Shown here: positions 37,270 through 50,245 of the stretch, piece by piece | Layout: the number at the start of each line of letters is the position of its first letter | Position numbering within the stretch: position 1 is the first letter of the stretch | Assembly: GCA_964016885.1 (NCBI GenBank) | Contig: OZ024740.1 | Location: forward strand, 204,786,001 to 204,850,000 | Direction of reading: 5' to 3' | Source: Eledone cirrhosa | Lineage: Eukaryota | Length of the DNA stretch: 64,000 nucleotides | Notes under the pieces: model-generated | The model's input: only the letters and a program-made list of their open reading frames with translations | Told to the model about the DNA's origin: nothing | Databases searched by the model: none | Position numbers and translations under genes: made by a program

Positions 37270-38773
37270 TATATATATTACATATTATATATATATGTGT
37301 GTGTGTGTCCATACTCCTTATTCTATGTATCCTCGTTTATGTTTGTACATTTGCTCTCACTCGATTTTTATCCACTACTCCTTTTCCCTCGCACATTCTC
37401 TTCAGCGTCTTTCCAGTTTATGACATTCTCTTCACATTAGCTTTTCCAAATCTTTATTTTAATATCATTATCATGACCATATCTCGTTTCACAAGCTTTT
37501 CTCCGTTCCTCATTCAATCTTTTTTTCTATTAACCCTTCCATTACCATATTTCTAATGAAAACTCTATAATTTTCAGATCATTATGAAAATAATAAAAAA
37601 AAAATGGAGGGATTTATGGTAGTAATATAAAACTAACTTTCTCATTATTATCTGGTGTTTGGAACATAATTAAAAATTTAGATAAATATAAACACTTTAA
37701 AATAAACTGTTTTGTATTATAAAACCAGGGGCGGTTTGGTATCAAAAGGTTTAACATTAGTTTTGCATCTATTGATTCTGTTATCTAATTTATTAACATC
37801 AACATCTTGAATCTCTTTCTCTGCGTCTTTTACAGCTCTCTTTTTCTTTCCGCCATATTGACCTTTTTTCTGGACGCCCTTCTTTTTACAATTTGCGCCA
37901 TCTGTTACCTCAATCACATTATTGAACCATTCTAACCATTCCTTATTGCTTTCTCTGGCTTTACTGTCACATATTTAAATTTAACATCCTCCTTTCACTC
38001 TAGTTTTCCTATATACAATGTCTTTTCATGGAAGCTATTCATTCCCTTCCCTTCCTTTGCCTATCTTTCAACTCTCTCTCTTGCTCTCTCTTCACCCTTT
38101 CCCGGTTGCTTGACTGTTCATCTTCAGTTCTTTCCCCTCCCACTCCTTGTTAATATAAATGTCTTCAAATATGCTGTTCTTTATTTACCAGCGTAAAATT
38201 AATCATGAAAAACTGCTGCAAGTTTTTTCCTTCTTTTCTTGTCAATAGTTTTTCTTGTTTGTGAATACACCATTACTAAATTTCATTACTGACCTTGTGC
38301 TGACAATATATAAAATGAAAACATCTTAATCTAGGTTACTGCCACTAAATCTGCTTAGTTCTAAATTTAAAACTGACATATTCCGTAAACACTGTTTAGG
38401 ATCTTTATCTTTTTCTTTCTCACTGTTATGTGTTAAATGAGTATTTTTCCCCTTTGAATTATAATTTAATTTGCAATAGTTAAAGAAGGCTGCTCGAGAT
38501 TGCTAGCTTTTGAAAGAAAATTATAAGCAGCCTCATCATTCTGTTTCTAAATATTTTTAAACACATCAAACCATTGAAAATGGAAGAAAACGTTTCACCC
38601 CCACCCCTTACATTAAAATTGGTTATACACAACACTTTACAGAATAAAGACATACATAAAACTATACATTATACTTCATCCTTACGGGGGTCGATAAAAT
38701 AAAGTACCAGTAATATACTGAATAATTGCTGGTCTTGTGCCAAAAGTAGAAACAATTATGTTTACGTATAATA

Positions 38774-39400
38774 GGAGTAGGCATGGCTGTGTGGTTTAGG
38801 ATTTCGCTTCGCAGCCAGAGATTTTAGGTTCAGCCCCGCTGCGCGGCATATTGCGCATGCGTCTTTTACTATAGCATCAGGTTGACCAATGCCTTATGAG
38901 TGGAATTTGGTAGACGGAAACTGCAGAAGCCCATCGAGTGTGTGTGTATTTACGTCTGTGTTTGGCCCGTAAGTTAGCAGTCAAAAAGAGATGCCTAAAA
39001 TAAGTACCAGGCTTGAAAAAATAAATAAGGTTGACTAAATCAAGGTGATGCCCTAGCACAAGGTTGGATTTAGACATTGGAGGCCCCGGGGCATTTCAGG
39101 CTTGGGGGACCCCTCATACACAACAAATTAGAATACACAGCAAATCCCCCAATTTTACATATCAAAGTTAGCTTGGTGCAAGTAATTGGAATTGAAAAGT
39201 TATACATACAGGTATTAAATTTTAAAAAATTCTAGCCATCCTATAGCCAGCTGAGGCCACAATAAATTGCTACTGCCGTCGCTGGTGGGGGGCCCCTCAC
39301 TGCAGAAGCCCCAGGGAAATTGCCCCTTTGCCCCCCATTAAATCTGGCCCTGCCCTAGCATGGCCGCAATCAAATGTATGAAAACAGTAAAAGGAAGAAA
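38774..39400 (+). mobile_element. tRNA-derived SINE (second family) interrupted by a hAT MITE
   Basis: GCATGGCTGTGTGGTT head, GGTTCAGCCCC B-box-like, GGTAGACGGAAACTG..GAAGCCC segment also seen at ~10700 and ~60320. The tail resumes after 39360. Confidence 0.72.
39059..39352. mobile_element. Non-autonomous hAT-type MITE, 8-bp TSD
   Basis: TIRs CAAGGTTGGATTTA / TAAATCTGGCCCTG. Perfect TSD CCCTAGCA (39051-39058, 39353-39360). Inverted paralog at 54332-54635. Confidence 0.92.
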
Positions 39401-39747
39401 AATACATTTTAGTCTCGCAGTAATTTAATCTGTGATCATGTCACCGTTACCTTCACGTTCGTGTAAGAGCAATTTAGAGAGAGTGACGTCAATCGTTCAC
39501 CGTCATTTTCTCTTTACTTTCAGCTTGAGATTTTCATCTGCAATATATCACATTCCTATGTCTTCAAAACAAATATATACTATTATCTACGGCTGTTAGT
39601 TTTAAAGTTATTGATTGCCTGTTCTGTTCAAATCTTAACACTGATTTACTCTGGTATGAATGAGTGCTCTTGTTTTTAAATAATTTTCTATGTTGATCAA
39701 TTATTTCTGCCTATCATTGATTTTTAAAGTTTATTACCCATCACGTT

Positions 39748-39949
39748 GATAATAATAATAGTTTCTGTTTTAGGCACAAGGCCAGAAATTTGGGGGGAGG
39801 GGAAAAGTCGATTAAATCGACTCCAGTGCATTACTGGTGCTTAATTTTATCGTCTCAGTAAAGGACAAGATTTGAACTCAGATCGTAAAGGGGCTTAACT
39901 CTGTGCTATAAAGCATGGTGTCCGACGCTCTACCGATTCTGCCAATCCA
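39748..39949 (-). mobile_element. SINE related to 6272-6459
   Basis: Reverse complement of head, B-box (GATTTGAACTC) and tail (GGCACAAGGCCAG). (AAT)n on both flanks. Confidence 0.85.
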
Positions 39950-40007
39950 AATAATAATAATTTATAAACCACAAAAACATTATGACGGCACAGGACGAAA
40001 ACAGAGT

Positions 40008-40262
40008 TTGTGTATATGTGTGTGTTGGTGTATTGGTGTATTGTGTATATGTGTGTGTTGGTGTATTGGTGTATTGTATATGTGTGTGTTGGTGTATTGG
40101 TGTATTGTGTATATGTGTGTGTTGGTGGGTGGGTTTATTGTGTATATGTGTGTGTTGGTGTATTGGTGTATTGTGTATATGTGTGTGTTGGTGTATTGGT
40201 GTATTGTGTATATGTGTGTGTTGGTGGGTGGGTGTATTGTGTATTGTGTGTGTTGGTGGGTG
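40008..40262. repeat. ~33-bp GT-rich minisatellite (GTGTATATGTGTGTGTTGGTGTATTGGTGTATT), ~8 copies
   Basis: Direct reading. Confidence 0.92.
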
Positions 40263-40442
40263 GGTTTTGCGTGTAAACAAATTTTGATAATGTTAAAAAA
40301 GAAAGATAGCAATAAAAATTAAAACAAAGAGGGGTTCCTCAATAGAGAGGAGACGTTCGAGGGTCACTCGTGGAAAAAAGCCCATAAAACCACGGGTGCC
40401 CTGATCTCTAGGATAAATTCCCTGTCCCAGTTGTACTCTAAT

Positions 40443-43400
40443 CTACAGGCTCACACTCAGAGCGGGCCCATTCACTCGAGCCATGCTCTCCTCTCTCACC
40501 CACCTTTCAACAGATTGATTTGAAGGCCGCACTTCTCTCTTTACCCTTATTTTCCTCCTCAAGTGAAACCTGAAGAAGTTAATCAGAGCTTCGCCAAAGA
40601 CGAAAATGCTCGTCTTCAACACTTTCAAGCGGGTCTACCATAACGCCTCATTCGCCATGGTCACAAGGAAGACAAAAACAACCTGTCCTTCTTGACTAAA
40701 GGATGGCGGCGGGAGAATCTTCACAATGGACTCGGCTCATAGCCGGATTCGTTCTACACGCGACAGCAGGTGTTCGACATAAAACCACAAGTCAGCAATA
40801 CTCGGACACTGGACGATTGCGGGCATGGCGGTTTCGTTTCCCTGCGCGCATCTCGGACAGATCCGGCTGTAGAGTTTATCTCGAACTGGTAAAGCTCCCC
40901 GGTAGCCAGGCCAGGGGTCCCTGGAAATGTTGCTTGGCTCTGGACGAAAGTCCCCCCGAAAAGAGTGGCTAGTTAATTTTCATCGATGCCTTGAGCTTCC
41001 CCAAGAACGTCGTCGCTATCAGCCTCCACAAACCCTCTATAGAACGCCAATGTGGAGTTTCCACCGATCATACTACCCGATTGGCGGAGGGCTATGAGCA
41101 CCTGAGGACATTCCAGTTTCCAAGTGCTCCCCCTCGGTTTCCGCTTGAGCCAGGACTGCAGCTCTGTTAAGATGACCATTAAGGAAATGGTGGAGATGTC
41201 GTAGCCTCAGCGCATTTCTGCGCACCCCCAGTCCTCCACGCAGCGGGTGTTAAAAGCAAATGGACCACCTGACCATCGGAACGCGTCCCTTCCACAAGAA
41301 GTGAAAGAGCTAACGCTCCTGTGCAATCAAACGAGGTGTGGGACAAAGCACGACGGTCGAGCGTCAGGGGCAGCTTTCTCTCGGTCCATTTCTGGGTGAA
41401 ATTAGCCAATCTGTTCGTCATCTCGTCCCAATTTTTGTCCATCTGGAAGTCCGGACCGGACCAGACCCCAAGCAATTTAACCGGTCCGTCTATTCAGCGT
41501 CCGACAATGCTGTTGGACGGCATGAACATGCCTCTCTGGGTAACGAGTTGTAGGTCCACCAACTTTTCCTGGTTAATTTTCGCTCCTGTCAGCGCTTCGT
41601 ATTCCCTTAGAACAGTGCCGCTGCTCGACACTGCAACGGTGATCTCCCATGTCCTAGTTCGCGCGGGATGCTCCTCAACGTCTCTAATTTGTGCAGTAGT
41701 GGCTCTAAAGTCAATACATACAACAGAGACGAGAATGGACAGCCTTGGCGGACCGAGCGCATGATATTGAACGGTTCCGAGGGGTGACCGTTCACTCTAA
41801 CCGAGGATCAGATGTTGCTGTGCATAGCAGCGATCCACCCCCCCTGAAAATAGGTCCAAATCCTGCTGCTTTGAGGGCCGCCGCCAGGTACCGATGGTCG
41901 ACCCTATCGGATGCTTTCGATTGATCTAAGTTGATCAGTGCCACCCTCTCTATGATGTATCGCATAAGGTGGAGGATGTCGTGGATGGATCTCTTGGGAA
42001 TGGCACATATCTGCGCCTCCCCTACCAGACCAACGACGACAAGCGTCAGCTTCATTGCTAACACCTTGGGGCAAAATTTTGAACTCTGCATTTAGTAGAG
42101 TTATGCGCCTAAAATTACCTATAAGATCTCCTTTGTTTGGGTCCTTTCTCAGCAGTGTCACTGCTCCTCGGCTCACAGAACTGAGAATTCTCCCGTTCTG
42201 CTGCCAGTTGCAGTAGACGTCTGCAAAGATGTTGCCGAACAAGTCTGGCATGTGAACGTAAAGCTCGTAGGGCAAACTATCCAAACCAGGTGATTTACCT
42301 CTGGTGCAGCCGGTCATTGCCTCCCGTATTTCAGCAGCTGTTATTGACTTCTCGCAATATTCCGCCTCCGTCGCTGATAGCCACGGCAGGCCGTCGAGAT
42401 AGACAGTGAAGTCCATCTCGCGATCCAGCCCGACGCTGCTCCCGAACAGTTGGGCAAAGTGTTGCTGAAAAGTCGCACACATCTGCTTGGGATCGAGTAA
42501 CATATGCCCGTCGTGATGCTTCAAAGATCGGATTGTGGATTTGTTGCCACGCCGCACCTTCACCACTCGGACCCATTAAACGGCTTTCCCCACCTTGTGT
42601 CTAAGAACACGCATTTTAGCTCTGACTACGCAGCCTTTGTGCTTAACATTGAAGAATTGCTCCAAAGCCAATCTCACCGCAAAAACGTCGGTTGCGATGT
42701 CTTTGCTAATTGCCTCCTCTAGTTTCTTAACTAGCTCTCCTTCTACTTTAGTTTTCTCTATTGATACGGCTTTCTCTGTTGCTAAACCTTATCGATTCTA
42801 CTCTAATCGCCCTTTTCAGGTCGTACCACCACTTGCTGTGAACGATTGCTTAACTAATTCATTAGTCCTGTCTCTGTAGGCTTTGCGCGTTGGGAATGAG
42901 GCGTTCAGCTTCCAGTAACCGGGTCCTTGCCTATGGAGCCTATCTAGATCTACTGCACATGACACAAATTTGTTGTCTGCGTATTCGACTATTTCAAATT
43001 TCAAATTGCTATCTTTGTCTACTTCCCTACAGAATATCCTATCTAGATACGATCTGGATGACATGATGCGGTTACTCCATGTCCACATTGGCGCATTCGG
43101 AAAGTACAGTCGGTACCTGTCAAACTGATGGAAGCGTCTGAGCAGGTTTGCGAGGCTTTTACATCCCCCACTCCTATCTGTTAGTCCCACACAGTCCAAG
43201 CGTGCATCTAAGATACCGTTCCAATCACGCACTAAGACTAAGGAGCGAGGCATTCCTAGAATGGTTTCCAGGCATCGGAAGAAATCAGTTCGTCCTGTCC
43301 CTGTCCGAGCATTGACGGCTAGTAGCCTGAAGGCGTCTCATTCTCCAGTACCACCGATTTGCTCTCCAAGTCCAGGAAGATGGTCCGTATTGCGAGATTC

Positions 43401-43575
43401 AGGCCTTTCTGAAACAACACGGTAACTCCGCCTCCAGATCCGTACACTTCACTACAGTCTCGCTAATGGCCACCACATCTATGTCCAATGATCTGAGGTC
43501 GTTGGGCAGGTTGCCTTGCTTCCAAGACAACACCAGGCTACGTGCATTCACACTGCTTATCTTGAGGGAAGCCAT
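40443..43575 (-). pseudogene. Tx1/L1 ORF2 (APE endonuclease + RT), multiply frameshifted
   Basis: MASLKISSVNARSL..DVVAISET, LVLVRDWNGILD, SYLDRIF, GPGYWKLNAS, GKSPGLDSLPYELY, NFRRITLLNAEFKIL, LDQSKASDRVDH, VRQGCPFSSLLYVL. Confidence 0.92.
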
Positions 43576-45069
43576 AATCGATTAAAATGAGGAGAAAGTG
43601 GGAAAAGCTACCTACCTTAGATTTTTGTGGGGGAAAGACGGTTGCTCCATCCTTCTGGCCAATTGTGCGTTCCTTTACAAGCATGTCTGTGTATATCCTT
43701 TTTGATATTGTCCGTCGGTAGTCCTCAATTGCTTTGGGGAATATTTTCTTTAAGGTTCTATACGTTTTTTTGGCCTATGTGAATGATTTTTATGTGTGTG
43801 GGTGGTGCGATTTTGGGGGTGTTATGTAATTTGTTTCCTATATGCTGGTATTGTGTTGTGGGTAGTTAAATAGATTTTTGTTGCTAATGTTTATTGCTGT
43901 TTAGTGTGTAGAGTTTATGTTTTTATTGTATTTGCTGTTGTTGTTGCGGATCAGGGTTTGGTTGTGTTTGGGATGTTGTGGTTGTTGGAGTCTGTTGTGG
44001 AAATGGGCTTGGTGGTGATGGGGAATTGGATGGTACTGTGGAGGTTGGTGTTGTGTGTCCTATGTCTGCGATGCGTTTTGGTCATTGTCTGTTTTTGTGG
44101 GCGAATTTTCTTTTTTTCCCCGTTTGTCACTCCCTCCATGTCTACATTCCATGTCCGAGTGTGCTAAGTCGGCGAGAAGCATGTCTTCTATTTGTAGTGT
44201 CGTTGCATGTGTTGGTATTGGTTCTGGCGTCGCAGAAGGTGGTGGATCTCCTGCTAGTGTTGCTGACGCTGGTGGGTTTCTTGGTGGTATTGTGGCCACT
44301 GATATTTGGTTTAATGACAGTGGGATGAGGTGTAGGCAGGAGAGGGGGGTCTCATTTGTTTGCTGGTTTGTTGAGGGCAAAAAGCCTTCGGGTGTGGCTT
44401 TGTGCCATATGTATGGCAATTTGGCTTTCTTCCCTCAGCAGTCTTGGAGATGTGTCTATTATGTCTGGGATAACTCAAGTGGATGTGTGTGCCGTCCGCA
44501 TAGTCTATTGTGTCTGAGATGACTCATTCGTTTGGATCAGTAACTCCAACCCAGAATCTGACCAGTTTTCAAGTTTTATTTTCTTTATTTCCAGGATTTA
44601 TATGCTTTCCTCAACGTCCACGAGGACAGCTGTCACTAGCCAGGGAATAGCTATTGTGGGCAACACCTGGGTTACTCGTATTTCAACTAATCTTTGGCCA
44701 TAATACGTTGGCAGTAGTTATCACTCTTCTCCTTGGTGGTGTGAGGGAGTGCCATCTCGCTTCTTCTGGCGTTTCAAAAAATAAGTCCACCATCCCAAAT
44801 CCCCTGCCTCAGGAGATATGGGTTTTGTGTTCTCATATACAACCCAATGCCTTTTGGATTCATGACTCCGTGGTTTGCACCACCCGGCGTCACTTCACTC
44901 CGCGATAGTATGTAACTATCTGTCATATGTTTCCCAGAACATTTAGCCTCTCGTATGTCATTTTCATTGACAGTTATTGTTTCAGTATTTTTCGTAGCCC
45001 CTGCGAAAGAAACAGCTGATTTTGAGGGATCCTTCTGTGTTTTGTTGGGAGGGTCACACACAGATCTGC

Positions 45070-45728
45070 GGCATACGTTAAGAATAACGTTCGTGAAAGT
45101 GAAAGTAAATTTTCTGACAAGTGAATTTGTTTTTTTGTTTTTTTTACAATGAAAGTTACGATACACATGCAATTGTATGTAAAATCCGGGTGTAAATGCT
45201 GTTTCAGGGTGAAAATCCAACGAATGTTACGCGTGTGTATGTGTATGTGTATATGTATATATATATATATATATATACATATATACACACACAGTGAAAC
45301 TCCGTTATAACGTGCCCCTCTGACCCAAATCCCTTATCATTCTCTGTCCTTCTTATGACCCGGCCTTAATTTTTTGGGGGACAGATAGTTGGTGCCAACT
45401 TTGGCAAGATATTACAAAAACATCTAAACGATGATGATGACACAAACACATATATATATACAAACACACATATATATATACATACAGACACACATATATA
45501 TACACACATATACACACCCACACATATATATATATATAAGAGAAAATAATCACACACGCAATACTAATTAACACCATATCACTATAGAGACCTGTTGTAA
45601 ATAAGCAAACAAGAAATCCATACAATTGCGTGTGTATCGTAACTTTCACTGTAAAAAAAACAAAAAAACAAATTCACTTGTCAGAAAATTTACTTTCACT
45701 TTCACGAACGTTATTCTTAACGTATGCC
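45070..45728. mobile_element. Mutator-like (MULE) non-autonomous element, ~110-bp TIRs, 9-bp TSD
   Basis: GGCATACGTTAAGAATAACG.. TIRs (45070-45179 vs ~45619-45728, near identical). TSD CAGATCTGC at 45061-45069 and 45729-45737. Confidence 0.88.
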
Positions 45729-46029
45729 CAGATCTGCATTTATTTTATTGCTGTTGTTGGTATTTGTGTTGTCATTGTTGTCTGTATTTCTGATATTTTT
45801 GTTGTTTAATTCTGTTATATTTGTCGTTGCATGGTTGGTGTTCGTGTTACTAGTGGAGGAGGAAATGTTCTTAGTATTGTTGTTGCTTTCTGTTGTCATT
45901 CTTTTTTTTTTGTACCTGTGATGGTGGTGTTAAATTTTTAGCAGCAAAAAACAAAAAAATTGTTTCATACTTTTCCCCTGTGCTGTGTTGCTGGTGACGG
46001 TAGCGCTGTTGATGATGTTATCAAAACAT

Positions 46030-46385
46030 CTTACTCAGGGTCTACCCATGGGTCTCCTGCCAATTGGTTTTATCCATAAAATCTATCCAGTGATTCTTTC
46101 CTGAGACATTCTAACCCCATGCCCATAGTATCGGAGCTGTGATCTCTCAATTCGGAGAAGCAGTGGCTGGGGCGACTCTCTGATCTCTAAGCTACACACT
46201 CTATCGAGTAACGTTACTCCAAAGACCCTCTGGAGGAATACCATTTCGGCAGCTTGCATTCGTGATCATATTTTTTGGGGTCATTACCCAAGATTCATGA
46301 CCATAGGTAAGGTTTGGCACAATTACCGAATTGAAGATAGTGAGTTTGGCTTTTACACCTACCTCCCTTCTTCCGATTACAGAAT
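46030..46385 (-). mobile_element. Fragment of a second RTE-like LINE family
   Basis: Minus strand LLRIERSQLRYYGH..RMSQERI. Related pieces at 49035-49280, 53510-53822, 55820-56195 and 56765-57130. Confidence 0.7.
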
Positions 46386-46539
46386 GCTGAAGAAAATTTA
46401 ATTTCTATTTTTATATCTTTCAACCTAATAATGTTCAACACAACAATTTTCTTGTGATGAGATCTAAAACAAATGTGAAGTTATGCTCAAATTATTGTAA
46501 TAAAACAAGATTTTATTCACACTACATCACCATAAAATG

Positions 46540-46935
46540 GTGGTGGATTAGAGCGTCAGACAAATGTTCTGGTTCTTTACATTCTGAGTTTAAATCCCAC
46601 CAAAGTCAACTTTGCCTTTCATCCTTCCATGATTGATAAAATCAAGTATCATTCAAGAACTTGAGACGATTTAGTGGACTTTCCCCTCCCCTCAAAATTT
46701 GCTGGTTTTGTACCTCTGTTAGAAGTACTGAATTTCATGACTTTAAAATGGTGGTGGATAGTAGAATAGTTAAAGTGTTGGACAAAATACTTTGTGTCTT
46801 TTAGTTCTGGTTCTTTACGTTCTGCAGTCAAATCCCACCAATGTCAATTTTGTCTTTCATCCTTCAAGGGTTGATAAAACTAAAGTACCAATCTAGATTT
46901 TAGGTTGATTTAAACAACTTTCCCAATTGTTGACT
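46540..46935 (+). mobile_element. Two tandem diverged SINE copies
   Basis: TTCTGGTTCTTTAC.TTCTG.GT..AAATCCCACC..GTCAA.TTTG.CTTTCATCCTTC occurs twice. Confidence 0.75.
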
Positions 46936-47641
46936 TTGAAACTATTAATTACTCTCCACTTTTATTCCACTCCACCCCATCCTGCTTATTAGATTTTGCT
47001 AATCTATCTATTCATAGTGATACAGCAGGTGGAAAATCTAATTATAATTTTATTTTACATTAAAAAACATTATATATGACAAATTACAAGAACACCCATA
47101 TTTATGAACGTACACTATACAATTACCAATTCTCCCCCATTTATCCCAACCTGGCTACTTATAAGAATCTAAGCAAATGCCCCACCTCCACCCCCACCCC
47201 GCTTATAAGAATTTAAGCAAATGTCCACCCTCTCACTTATTCCCCCCCCACCACCACCACCACCACCACATTATTTGGGACCCAAGAGTACATGCCCACA
47301 TCTGTAAAGGTAGCAGACAGAAATATGTCTTATCAACAGAAGTAGGGAAGAAGTTAATAAAGCCAAACTTTTATAGTCTCCAGATTAAAAAATGTGATAA
47401 ATTTATGTCAAACCTACCTCATTCATTTACTCTCTGTCATTTATTATGCTCTTATCTGAAAAATCAATGAAGACACCTGTCTTAATGGTAAGAATATTAG
47501 GTGAGTTTAATTCCAATAGTGGTGTATTGTGTCATTGAGCAAGACACTTTAAATCACATTGCTCTAATCTACTTAACCGGAAAAAATGAGTTTACCTCTA
47601 ATTCAATGCCTCACATTAAATCTCTCTGAAAATTACCTTAA

Positions 47642-47846
47642 CCCTTTAGCAGTTACATTACTCGATATTTACTATTAGATTTTCACAGTAAATGCTTTAC
47701 CTCACATAATATTGAATCTATGACATTATGATATTTATTTTGAAAATAATATCTTAACATCAATATGAGCAGCTGGTTACAGCTGGTTTGAACAGAAAGA
47801 GGTGAGAAAATTCTGGCCGGATATGGCCGGTTTAAATGCTAAAGAG
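47642..47846. mobile_element. piggyBac-type MITE
   Basis: TTAA (47638-47641) CCCTTTAGC ... GCTAAAGAG TTAA (47847-47850). Confidence 0.85.
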
Positions 47847-47999
47847 TTAAGGGTGCACATGCCTTTGGAATGCTCAGCTACTTGCATGTAAGAGGAAGAG
47901 GAGATACATTTTATTAGAAATATGGTAAAGAAAGGATTAAATAAACAGATGAGAGAAAATACTGAATGATATTGAAGACAACAAACATTAACATTTTAA

Positions 48000-48220
48000 C
48001 CCCTTAGCATTTACATTACTCTATATTTACTATTATATTTTCATGGTAAAGGCTTTACCTCACATAATTATCTCACATAATATCGAATCAATGAGATTTT
48101 GATATTATTCCTTTTGAGAACAATACCTTAACATTAGTATGAGTGGCTGTTTACAGCCGGTTTGAACAGAAAGGGGTGAGAAAATTCTGGCCAGATACGG
48201 CCAGTTTAAATACTAAAGGG
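48000..48220. mobile_element. piggyBac-type MITE (same family)
   Basis: TTAA CCCCTTAGCATTTA ... TAAATACTAAAGGG TTAA. Colinear with 47642-47846. Confidence 0.88.
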
Positions 48221-48833
48221 TTAAAGGTAGAAAAGAATTTGTTATGAAAACAAGTGAAAAACAGGTTTCAATCAGACATATTTCCCTGCATAAGAGATGA
48301 TTACTATTGTGCTGCTACTATTATTAGTAAACCAGCTGTGATTTCAACATTTTTCCTTTTCTAATTATTTAAGCAGAATGAAATCCAAATAATATTAGGG
48401 AGAGCCAAGATCTGTGCCAGTTAATACGTTGATGGTTGAAATTATCTGATTTTTTAATTTTTTTATTATTTCTTTATTTATATGTTTTAGATATTTTATT
48501 AATATATTTTTATCTACTTCTCTCTTCAGTGGATCTTGGTGTGAATATAACATTTAGATAAATGAGACTATTTTAGAAAATATTAAATAAAGGTCGTAAC
48601 TATTTTTTTATTCTTTTATTCTGTTGTTTCAGTCATTAGACTGTGGTCATGCCAGGGCACAAACTTGAAGGATTTGGTAGATCATATAAACTCTAGAACT
48701 TAATCTCTAGTCTGGTACTTATTTTCTTCATCTCTTTGTTGAACTGCAAACGTATGGGCCATAAACACACAAAGCATAAACACATTCATGTTAACACACA
48801 CACTCACACACACACATATATATATATATATAT

Positions 48834-48939
48834 GGAAAGAGTCAGGACCCCGATGGCTGAGCTCCAACCATTTCGACAGCATTTGAATCTAGCTGTCGAA
48901 ACGGCCGGAGCTCAGCTGTCGGGGTCCTGACTCTTTTCC
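48834..48939. repeat. 47-bp imperfect inverted repeat (Penelope pLTR-like fold-back) between (TA)n tracts
   Basis: 48834-48880 vs 48892-48939, with 5 substitutions and 1 indel. Contains GAAA-CGGCCG. Confidence 0.85.
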
Positions 48940-49989
48940 TATTACCTACTCTACTACTCTAAGTATCGAGTACTCTGGTGCATTATGGTCCACCTGGTAT
49001 CTTACCACACATTCTTTGTTATATATATATATATATGAAGATAGCGAGTTTGGTTTTTACACCTATCTCTCTTCTGATTACTGGATGATGAAGCTGGCAC
49101 ATTACTGCGCCAGCTCCTGTAATTCTTAATTCAGCCTCTTACCTTCCATCATTCGTGAACATGGCCCCGAGATTCAGGAACTTCTCCAACTGCTTCAGTG
49201 GTATTCCATTTACATATAGAGTGCACCAGTATCTTCAATTCGGTATTTGTGCCAACCCTTACTTGAATCTTGGGTAATGAGTAGGCTGGGTCCATTTTAT
49301 CTTTGCACTAACACAACCACTTTACAGAGTGAGCAGGGTGTAGTTTATTGTGGCACCAGCACTATTGAGGTTGTCAAGTCTTTGACATGAAGATGAGTCC
49401 TTGTTACTCTTCCTATGAACAACTACTTTATAAAGTGGGTATGTTTTGTCATATCACCAACACTAGAGAGTTTGTCATGCCCTTTACACAACTGAACAGC
49501 CCTCTCAACCTTTTTTTTACATGGTTTCTACAGCTGCATAACCTTTCTATCACAAAATTGCAATCACAAGTCATTGATCAACCAAAGGCTACTGTAGAAG
49601 ACACTTTTCCAAGGTGCCATGCTTTGGGACAGAAGCTGAAACCATGTGGTTGTGAAGCAAACTCTTTAACTACATAGCCATGCCTGCAGCTATTGATTAC
49701 AAAAATTCAGAAAAATAAATTGATTTTAAAATGTTATGGTGTTAAATGATCTAATTTGCTGATACTAAAGATAAAATAGTAACTTTGCTAATATTCTATT
49801 TTGCTTCATCTACTAATCATATTCATAATTCTATTAGTGTGGTTCAATTGGTTCTTGATTTCAATCACTAAACATTAATTTCTGTGGCTCACTTCACACA
49901 TTCTAATCACCTTAATGTTAAAAAAGTCAATAATAACTTTTTTTTCCACTTTATATTCCATTGCTTTACTTCATTAAGTTAAAGTTTTT

Positions 49990-50245
49990 CCAAAGCCCTG
50001 AGGCTCATCTGATCTGAGCTTATCTTGGTTTCCTTGGTGTTGAGTGGAAGAGCGTACAAGGTTACCCTCTGAATAGGATGCTAGTGCATCACAAGGTTAA
50101 CCTCAGCTATTACTCTTACTAATTTTCTTCAGCTGAGTGAACTAGAGCAATGTGAAATGAATTGCCATGCCAAAGACCACAATGCAGGTAGCATTTCACA
50201 GATTTGAACTCACAACATTACAGTTGTGAGCCCACTACCCTATTG
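49990..50245 (-). mobile_element. CORE-like tRNA SINE, diverged
   Basis: Reverse complement resembles 59837-60110 (GAGCAATGTGAAATGA, GATTTGAACTCAC). Confidence 0.65.

Larger units (their letters stand above)
40320..45960 (-). mobile_element. Decayed near-full-length Tx1/L1-clade LINE
   Basis: ORF1-like low-complexity remnants at 43600-45900 followed by APE-RT ORF2 remnants. The outer boundaries are approximate. Confidence 0.85.
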
